Shown here: positions 53,847 to 59,931 of the stretch, in pieces | Numbering within the stretch: the first letter of the stretch is position 1 | Layout of the letters: each line of letters opens with the position of its first letter | Source of the DNA: a virus | Lineage: Duplodnaviria > Caudoviricetes | DNA: 59,931 nt | Direction: 5' to 3' (one strand) | Virus record (IMG/VR): IMGVR_UViG_3300042294_003065 | Coordinates: 1-59,931 of that record | Program-made: the position numbers and the translations under genes | Notes under the pieces: model-generated | Databases searched by the model: none | The model's input: the letters and a program-made list of their open reading frames with translations, nothing else | What the model was told of the DNA's origin: nothing

Positions 53847-54019
53847 AGATCGAGGCAACTCTGTCCGAGGTTTCCTACGACTTCGTTCTACAGATCAGCG
53901 TAGGAGCTGATGTGTCCAAGGAGATCGTGCTGGAGCGCGTGAATCGAATCCTTGATCTTGGCGAGGCCGCCGAGCTGAAGGAGTGGCGCAAGAAGAAGGC
54001 CAAGAAAGGCTCGAAATGA
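53843..54019 (+). CDS. Small hypothetical protein
   Basis: ATGA overlaps on both sides. Confidence 0.5.
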   Translation: MKIEATLSEVSYDFVLQISVGADVSKEIVLERVNRILDLGEAAELKEWRKKKAKKGSK

Positions 54020-55527
54020 GCTGGATCTCCTCATTCCAGGACGCCCGCGACGCCGGGGTGCCGATCATCATCATCCGCTGCCCAGATAATGCGGCGGTCA
54101 TGGATGCAGTCGTGAAGTCGGACGGGGACTCAGCCCTGACGGTCTGGGACATCAACCGTGGCGTCCGGGGGCTCAACACCCTCGGAATGGCGGCGGCCAA
54201 TGAGGTCAACAAGGACTCGAAGAAGCCGGCGGCCCTGACCACCGGGAATCCGCAGGAGGCGCTCATGAGGGCGCTGGAGTTCATGCCGAGTGGCGCGGTC
54301 CTGTTCATGGAGAATGCCCAACTCCTCCTGGAGTGCCGGGAGGAGGCCAAGAAGCTGGTCATGGTGCAGTGCGTGGCCAACTGCCGCGATCCGTTCAAGT
54401 CGAGCGGCCGGACGCTGGTGCTGCTCTGCCCGGACATCAAAGTTCCGATCGAGCTGCGCCATGACGTGATCGTGTTGGATGTCCCGCTGCCGGATGCCGC
54501 AGAATTAACCGAGGTGGTCACAGGGCTCCTCAAGGCGGGTCAACAGCCAGATCCGACCCAGGAGGCCCTTGGCGGGGCTGTGGCGGCCATTACGGGCCTG
54601 TCCCGGTTCGTGGCTGAGAACGCCGTGGCGATGTCGCTGCGGAAGTCCGGCCTGGACCTGGAGGCCCTGTGGGAGCGGAAGATCAGCGCCATCAATGCGG
54701 TGGGTGGCCTGACCGTCAGCCGGGACAAGGTGGTGTTCGATCAGATTGGCGGGCTGAATGCCGTGAAGGCGTTCTGCAAAGCCAAGGTGTCCGGCAAGCG
54801 CCGGCCGCGGATCGTGGTGCTGGTCGATGAGATCACCGATCAGATGTCCGGTCGGGGTGACTCGAACGGCATCAACCGGGACGCGCAGGGGCAGATGCTC
54901 CAGTGCATGCAGAACTACCGCTGGTCGGGTGCTCTGTTTCACGGGTTCGCAGGAACCGGGAAGACGGAGATCGCCAAGGCCATGGGCTGTGAAGCTGGTG
55001 GTCTGTTCGTCGCGTTCGACATGGGCGCGATGAAGGGGGGCATCGTGGGTGACTCGGAGAAACTGATCCGGGACGCCATGAATGTGCTATACGCCATGGG
55101 CGGGGAGGACGTGTTCTTCATTGGCACGACCAACTCGGTGGATGAGCTGACCCCGCAGATGAAGAGAAGGTTCGGCGTGACCTTCTTCTTCGATCTGTTG
55201 AAGAGCGAGGAGCAGCTACCGATCTGGGACATCTACATCCGGAAGTTCAAGCTGGATGGAACCCAGAAGCTCCCGGACCACGAAGGGTGGACGGGTGCGG
55301 AGATCCGCAGGGTGTGCGAGCTGGCCGATGAGTTCGGGATCAGCCTGATCGAGGCCAGCAAATACATCAGCCCGGTCGTGAAGGCGATGGGTGATGATGT
55401 GGAGACAATGAGGCAGAGCGCCTCCGGCAAGTATCTCTCTGCCGCGAAAGAGGGTTATTACGAAACAAAACGGTCTCTGGACACCAGCAAGGTGCGCCGG
55501 ATGATCGACAAGAAAGGAACCAACTAA
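54016..55527 (+). CDS. Ycf46-like AAA+ ATPase with a permuted ATPase domain
   Basis: Degenerate first AAA domain (P.EL...V.LD.PLP...EL), DQIGGL, VLVDE at 54811, GFAGTGKT at 54943, sensor-1 TTN, RRF, GWTGAEI. Confidence 0.85.
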   Translation: MSWISSFQDARDAGVPIIIIRCPDNAAVMDAVVKSDGDSALTVWDINRGVRGLNTLGMAAANEVNKDSKKPAALTTGNPQEALMRALEFMPSGAVLFMENAQLLLECREEAKKLVMVQCVANCRDPFKSSGRTLVLLCPDIKVPIELRHDVIVLDVPLPDAAELTEVVTGLLKAGQQPDPTQEALGGAVAAITGLSRFVAENAVAMSLRKSGLDLEALWERKISAINAVGGLTVSRDKVVFDQIGGLNAVKAFCKAKVSGKRRPRIVVLVDEITDQMSGRGDSNGINRDAQGQMLQCMQNYRWSGALFHGFAGTGKTEIAKAMGCEAGGLFVAFDMGAMKGGIVGDSEKLIRDAMNVLYAMGGEDVFFIGTTNSVDELTPQMKRRFGVTFFFDLLKSEEQLPIWDIYIRKFKLDGTQKLPDHEGWTGAEIRRVCELADEFGISLIEASKYISPVVKAMGDDVETMRQSASGKYLSAAKEGYYETKRSLDTSKVRRMIDKKGTN

Positions 55528-55854
55528 ATGCACAAGCTCAGTAAGAAGGAAAAGATCCGGAAGGGCGGCAAGCTCGCCTCCCTTTTCAACCTGAAGCTCG
55601 ACCCGAAGACGAAGCTCTACCGCCTGGCCCCCGGACTCCGGGAGCGCTCGGCGGAGGAGGTCTTTGATCTCGTCCATGATGTGGTGCTCCATGTGGAGTA
55701 CTGCGAGGCGGTGAAAGAGGCGGTGAAGGCGCTGGAGGGCTTCGTCGCCTGCGCGGACGAGGCGGTGAAGCAGGGCGGTGACTACCGGGACGATGGAAGC
55801 TGCATGCGGAACGCCCGTAAGGCGCTTGCCGGTTTCAAGAAGGAGGGCGCGTAA
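55528..55854 (+). CDS. Hypothetical protein
   Basis: GAAAGGA RBS. Confidence 0.55.
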   Translation: MHKLSKKEKIRKGGKLASLFNLKLDPKTKLYRLAPGLRERSAEEVFDLVHDVVLHVEYCEAVKEAVKALEGFVACADEAVKQGGDYRDDGSCMRNARKALAGFKKEGA

Positions 55855-55855
55855 G

Positions 55856-56182
55856 ATGCCCTGCAACAGCATCCGCGTAACCAGCATCACGCTGGAGAAC
55901 AAGGAGCCCGCCACGCTGGCCGACGCCCTCAAGGCGATGGGCTACAACGTGCGGGCGATCGGCAACCAGGTGAACTTCTCCGGCTACAACAAAGCCGGGG
56001 AGTACGCCGAGGGGTCGTATCTCGCAGGCGAGCTGAAGTATCAGGGCACGGTGCGGGTGGCGGAGGTGAAGCAAGCCTACGCCGCCCAGATCGTGGAGGC
56101 GACCTACTCGGGATACGGGTGGGAGCTGACCAAGCAAGAGGATGGCAGCTATGTGGCGGAGAAACAGACGGGGGCTTGGTAG
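55856..56182 (+). CDS. DUF1257/Ycf35-like protein
   Basis: L..AL..MGY...VKQAYA..IV......GW; typical neighbour of Ycf46-like ATPases. Confidence 0.55.
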   Translation: MPCNSIRVTSITLENKEPATLADALKAMGYNVRAIGNQVNFSGYNKAGEYAEGSYLAGELKYQGTVRVAEVKQAYAAQIVEATYSGYGWELTKQEDGSYVAEKQTGAW

Positions 56183-56183
56183 C

Positions 56184-56396
56184 ATGAGTTCATACACCGG
56201 CTTCTGCCGAGAAGTGAACGGACTCGGAACCATCTGGATTCAGTCCTTTGATGCGAAAGATCGCGAGGACGCAATCGAAGTGGCCCAGAAGCTCTGCGCG
56301 GAAGCGTGGGGCTGCGGAGAGGATGGTGTGCATGTGCTCGGGATCGCCCGTGGCAATGTGGACATCATCTATTGGGAAGACATCAACGAAAACTAA
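56184..56396 (+). CDS. Hypothetical protein
   Basis: ORF in the operon chain. Confidence 0.5.
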   Translation: MSSYTGFCREVNGLGTIWIQSFDAKDREDAIEVAQKLCAEAWGCGEDGVHVLGIARGNVDIIYWEDINEN

Positions 56397-56413
56397 GAAA
56401 GGAACCAAGTAAC

Positions 56414-56620
56414 ATGAGCGACAAAATGAGAATCACCATCCTGCCCGATGGTAGCATCAAGGTGCAGACGGATGAGATTTCCGCACCCAACCACATGGAG
56501 GCGGAAGCCCTGCTGGCCAGGCTGGAAGAGCTGGCGGGCGGCAAGACGGAAGTGGAGCACGCGGGCCATGAGCACGGCCACACCCATACCCACGCGGATG
56601 GGACAACACATCAACACTAG
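56414..56620 (+). CDS. DUF2997-like protein with a His-rich tail
   Basis: ITILPDGSIKV.T..I....H..A......L...GG; ends EHAGHEHGHTHTHADGTTHQH. Confidence 0.55.
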   Translation: MSDKMRITILPDGSIKVQTDEISAPNHMEAEALLARLEELAGGKTEVEHAGHEHGHTHTHADGTTHQH

Positions 56621-56632
56621 AAAGACAAACAG

Positions 56633-56809
56633 ATGAGCAACACAGCCAGAAACATCCTCGCGCAGTTCAGTGACACTGCGCTGGTGGAGATTGCGGAGAT
56701 CGCCCGAGTCGCCATTGAGCGGCACCGGGACGACATCAGCGAGCAATGCGACCTGTCCGATGAGTATCTGGACGGGCTTTTCAACGAACTCTGTGCAGTT
56801 CTTGAGTAA
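56633..56809 (+). CDS. Small acidic protein
   Basis: MSNTARNILAQF...LCAVLE (58 aa). Confidence 0.5.
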   Translation: MSNTARNILAQFSDTALVEIAEIARVAIERHRDDISEQCDLSDEYLDGLFNELCAVLE

Positions 56810-56841
56810 GCAAACCAAACAATAGGAAGACCAAAGACAAT

Positions 56842-57309
56842 ATGAAATCAGCTAAAGAACTCGGCATCGAACAATGGGAGCTTGATGCACTCCTGAAGAC
56901 GCGGGAATTTCTCCAGCGCCAACATCCTCCGCTTCCGGAGGACGTGAATAGTGATGCCGGATTCCCGGATGGCCCTGGGGTCACGCGGTTCTGCATGAGC
57001 TACCCGGTTCAGGCATTCGACTGCGGGACCGCCATGTGCATTGGTGGCTTCGTGAAGATCTTTGGCCAACTGGAGATTCCGGTTGGGAGCAAGATTACTA
57101 TATCTCGCGATGAGGCAGAGGGCATTAGCTCTTATGTCGAGTCTTTCAAACTAGGTAGCAGCCTCCGTGATCTGTTCTATCCGGAAAGCAGGTTCGACTA
57201 CACAAGGATCACCGCCGAGCAGGCCGCGGTGGCGATCACCAACTTCCTCGAAGAGGGCGATCCTGCGTGGGCTACTATCGAGGGGATTCCGGTAGAGGAG
57301 GGCGAGTAA
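56842..57309 (+). CDS. Hypothetical protein
   Basis: F.M......CGT..CIGG...LFYP...IT..QAA.AI.NFL..G.P.W pattern. Confidence 0.65.
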   Translation: MKSAKELGIEQWELDALLKTREFLQRQHPPLPEDVNSDAGFPDGPGVTRFCMSYPVQAFDCGTAMCIGGFVKIFGQLEIPVGSKITISRDEAEGISSYVESFKLGSSLRDLFYPESRFDYTRITAEQAAVAITNFLEEGDPAWATIEGIPVEEGE

Positions 57310-58412
57310 TGACCAAGTTCCAACAATACGCCCGCGAAAACTACAAGCCCTTCGGGGTGCGGGATGAGATGTGGCATGACGCAGTGATCGCCGAGTGCAA
57401 CGTGATCGACGCTGAGGAAGCCGCGCGCCGCGAGGGCGAGCTGAGAAAGAAGGAGGCCGACCGCAAGCGCATCAGCGAGGTGGTCGAGAGGACGGCGGAC
57501 ATCAACGCCGAGCTGGCCGGCCGCATCGTGGTGAAGGTCAAGTTCGAGGGCAGCCACGCCAAGAAGAAGGCCCTGACCCGCGATGAGAAGAAGCTGGTGA
57601 TGACCCTGCCGGCGGACGTGAAGACGACCATCGGCGGAGACAAGCCGCTGTTCGAGTGCAAGGAATACGATGAGCTGATGAAGTTCATCTCCGATCGCCG
57701 GGACCAGTTCGCCAGGTTCGGTATCCCGCACATCCAGTTCGAGGCGGCGCACGTCACGGATATTAACAACATCCCAGACATCGAGGCCCTTGCCGAGAAG
57801 ACGGAGGCCCAACTGGTGTATGCCGTGGCTCGCTTCATCGAGGCGTGGCCATCAGCAATCGAGCGGGCGAAGGGCGATCTGGGTCCGTTGTTCAATCCGA
57901 ACGACTACATGGCCATCGAGGCTCTGGAGAAGCTGTTCCGGTTCTCATACAACTGGATGGCCTTCGGTGTGCCCGATGAGCTGAAGCAGTTCAACCCGCG
58001 CATCTACGCCAAGGCGAAAGCCAAGGCGGAGAAGGTGTGGGCGGAGATCGAAGCCAATGGTGTGGCGCTGCTGCGGGAGACCGTGGCGGACCTCGTGGGT
58101 GGGCTAGCTGAAAGCCTGACACCCAAGGACGGCGGGGAGAAGAAGAAGTTCTATCCCTCCTCGGTGGAGAAGATCACGGACTTCATCGAGTCCTTCAAGA
58201 AGCGGAACATCTGCAACGATGTCGAGCTGGAGGCTGAAGTGGAGAAGCTCTCCGGGCTGGTGAAGGGTATCAATGTGGAGAAGCTCTCCGCGGGCGAAAA
58301 GGGCGACAACGCCCTGCGTGAAACTGTGCGCAAGCAGATGGAGGAGGCCAAGGGGTCTCTGGACCAACTGCTGGTGAGCGCCAGTGCGCGGGTGATGAAG
58401 CTCCGCGATTAA
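57309..58412 (+). CDS. DUF3150-like protein
   Basis: LG.LFNP.DY...L...FRFSY.W...; helical C-terminus; often clusters with phage AAA ATPases. Confidence 0.6.
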   Translation: MTKFQQYARENYKPFGVRDEMWHDAVIAECNVIDAEEAARREGELRKKEADRKRISEVVERTADINAELAGRIVVKVKFEGSHAKKKALTRDEKKLVMTLPADVKTTIGGDKPLFECKEYDELMKFISDRRDQFARFGIPHIQFEAAHVTDINNIPDIEALAEKTEAQLVYAVARFIEAWPSAIERAKGDLGPLFNPNDYMAIEALEKLFRFSYNWMAFGVPDELKQFNPRIYAKAKAKAEKVWAEIEANGVALLRETVADLVGGLAESLTPKDGGEKKKFYPSSVEKITDFIESFKKRNICNDVELEAEVEKLSGLVKGINVEKLSAGEKGDNALRETVRKQMEEAKGSLDQLLVSASARVMKLRD

Positions 58413-58437
58413 CAACAACAAGAAAGGACCAAGACAG

Positions 58438-58722
58438 ATGGCTAAAGAAAAACCATGGGCCGGGAAGTTCCGGCCGGATCGGGATCTCGACGACAATGGC
58501 AACACCAATGAGGTCAGGGCGGGCCGTGGGCGCAGGGCGCTTGATGCCTATGCAGAGGGTATCTATTCGGGGCCGCCCTATGACGACCCCTGCATCATCC
58601 AGGATCTCATTTGTGATTTACTCCATCTCAAAGACTCCATGATCGCAAATGGTGTCTGGATAGATGAGGACGTGGGCGACGTGGTGGATAAGGCGGTGTC
58701 CTGCTATGAGGAGGAGCGGTGA
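58438..58722 (+). CDS. Hypothetical protein
   Basis: N..RA.....AL..Y...I.DLICDLLH motif; GAAAGGA RBS. Confidence 0.65.
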   Translation: MAKEKPWAGKFRPDRDLDDNGNTNEVRAGRGRRALDAYAEGIYSGPPYDDPCIIQDLICDLLHLKDSMIANGVWIDEDVGDVVDKAVSCYEEER

Positions 58723-59030
58723 AGACCATCGAGCAAATCGCAGAAGACTGCGGGATCAACGGGGCAGACACCTCGTTGCTTGGAGCTGTCATCAAGGACA
58801 TCTCGGGTCCCATGGGTCCGCGTGAGGAGCGGCTGGAGGAGATCATCGGCGCGCTCTACCGGCGCATCGAGAAGCTGGAGGTGGACAAGTCTGAGTGCCA
58901 TGAGGCGCTCGCTGGGCTTGCCGACTCCGGGCAGAAGATCATCGACAACTGGGAGCGCGGTGATCTGGCCGGGGCCGTGACTGACATGGACCCGTGGATC
59001 ACCTGCGCTCGGGATGTGCTGTCCAAATGA
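58719..59030 (+). CDS. Hypothetical protein
   Basis: WERGDLAGAV motif; overlap chain. Confidence 0.6.
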   Translation: MKTIEQIAEDCGINGADTSLLGAVIKDISGPMGPREERLEEIIGALYRRIEKLEVDKSECHEALAGLADSGQKIIDNWERGDLAGAVTDMDPWITCARDVLSK

Positions 59031-59239
59031 GCGACGACACCAAACCGGAGCCCAGGCCCAAGAAGGTCCTCACCGTCCGCAAGAAGAAGCCCCAGCGCCT
59101 CAAGGTGCGGCCGGCGAAGGTGGACCCCGTGGATGCCATCCATGAGGCTGTGCATCACACTGGCAAGGCGGTGAAGGCGTGCATCGCGGTGTATGAGATG
59201 GCCAAGCCGGTGATCGCGGCCATGAGGAGGAAGAAGTGA
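59027..59239 (+). CDS. Small basic protein
   Basis: Overlap chain. Confidence 0.5.
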   Translation: MSDDTKPEPRPKKVLTVRKKKPQRLKVRPAKVDPVDAIHEAVHHTGKAVKACIAVYEMAKPVIAAMRRKK

Positions 59240-59445
59240 GTGGCGCTCCATACGGGGTGTGTCCGCACTGCCTGCATCCGAACGTGCATGTGCGCGACGG
59301 GAGACTGGCGATGCACTGCCTGAGCGTGACATCGGACACACGCTGCGAAGGGTCTTTTCAGATCGCTCTGGAGCAGCATGACCACTGTATGAATCGCCAC
59401 ACCAATGAGTATGATGTGGCGCTTGGGAAAGCCCAAGGTAAGTAA
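59236..59445 (+). CDS. Small Cys/His protein
   Basis: G.CP.C.......G.L..H.......C.GS. Confidence 0.55.
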   Translation: MSGAPYGVCPHCLHPNVHVRDGRLAMHCLSVTSDTRCEGSFQIALEQHDHCMNRHTNEYDVALGKAQGK

Positions 59446-59452
59446 CAACCGT

Positions 59453-59483
59453 GGGACGCAGAGAGAACCTCCGCGTCCCTTTT
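59453..59483 (+). terminator. Putative rho-independent terminator
   Basis: GGGACGC...GCGTCCC stem followed by TTTT. Confidence 0.6.
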
Positions 59484-59496
59484 ACGAAAGGAAACA

Positions 59497-59835
59497 ATGA
59501 CACCAACTGAATCAATCATCGCGAAGCTGGACGCCAAGATCGAGGCCCTGCAAAAGCTGCGGGGCGCGCTCTTTGAGGCGCGGGAAGCCGTGGATGCAGC
59601 ATCCACCACCTGCTCGTCCGTGGGCACTGGAGCGGAGATGCTCTACGTTCACATGCCTCACGGTCTGGAAAATCCCGCCGAGGCTGCGCACGCGCTGGCG
59701 AAGGCGCTGGGCGGGCAGTGGAGAAAAGAGCGAAACGGCGGGAAGATCGACTACCGCGGCGCGCTGGAGTGCGGCCATCCGGTCTGCATCTTTGGCGCTG
59801 AGCTGGTCCCGGAGCCGTCTCCGCTCGTGTTATGA
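59497..59835 (+). CDS. Hypothetical protein
   Basis: GAAAGGA RBS. Confidence 0.6.
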   Translation: MTPTESIIAKLDAKIEALQKLRGALFEAREAVDAASTTCSSVGTGAEMLYVHMPHGLENPAEAAHALAKALGGQWRKERNGGKIDYRGALECGHPVCIFGAELVPEPSPLVL

Positions 59836-59931
59836 AGAAGCGTCGCCTGAAACGCGGTAACTACTGGGCTGCGGTGTGGCCGAATGGCCGTCAGCTCTGG
59901 GGATCGACCGTGCGCCGTGAGGTGGAGCGCG
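59832..59931 (+). CDS. Hypothetical protein, truncated by the window edge
   Basis: ATGA overlap; frame stays open to the end of the window. Confidence 0.45.
   Translation, partial: MKKRRLKRGNYWAAVWPNGRQLWGSTVRREVER

Larger units (their letters stand above)
1..59931. mobile_element. Tailed bacteriophage genome segment (lambda-like head/packaging module, non-contractile tail)
   Basis: Terminase, portal, protease, capsid, tape measure, lysis and recombination genes; dense small ORFs with ATGA/GTGA overlaps; no host housekeeping genes. Confidence 0.97.

Noticed and set aside
1-59931. Specific host assignment (Verrucomicrobia or Planctomycetes suspected)
   Set aside because: Only an impression from gene style and attC variant; needs homology or spacer matching.

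Overview
The whole window is a tailed dsDNA phage (siphovirus-like, lambda-type GpA terminase, portal and capsid), probably most of its genome, with GC-rich DNA and a diderm host implied by a lipoprotein spanin. It has two divergent arms. The minus-strand arm (41.7 kb to 1) runs gpW, portal, four unusual cargo genes, prohead protease/scaffold, head, tail, glycosyltransferase-like gene, lysis cassette, small genes, terminase, and recombination/replication genes. The plus-strand arm (41.9 kb to end) carries about 40 small early genes. I found no integrase, repressor, tRNA or CRISPR array. The main observations are: (1) about 10.4 kb of polyprotein-like genes between portal and protease, in which about 20 modules (ParB-like, DUF6321-like, SNF2 helicase, HExxH peptidase, many cationic glycine-zipper peptides) are separated by a repeated [LMF]S[AS][RK]...I-x-[FL] linker that resembles a protease-cleavage or capsid-targeting signal; (2) tandem integron attC-like sites at the left edge, with phage genes running antisense through them; (3) an AAA+ ATPase whose Walker B motif precedes Walker A; (4) a 14-bp palindrome, CTGCAAATTTGCAG, present nine times. 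All family assignments come from motif recognition by eye and need HMM or structure confirmation.
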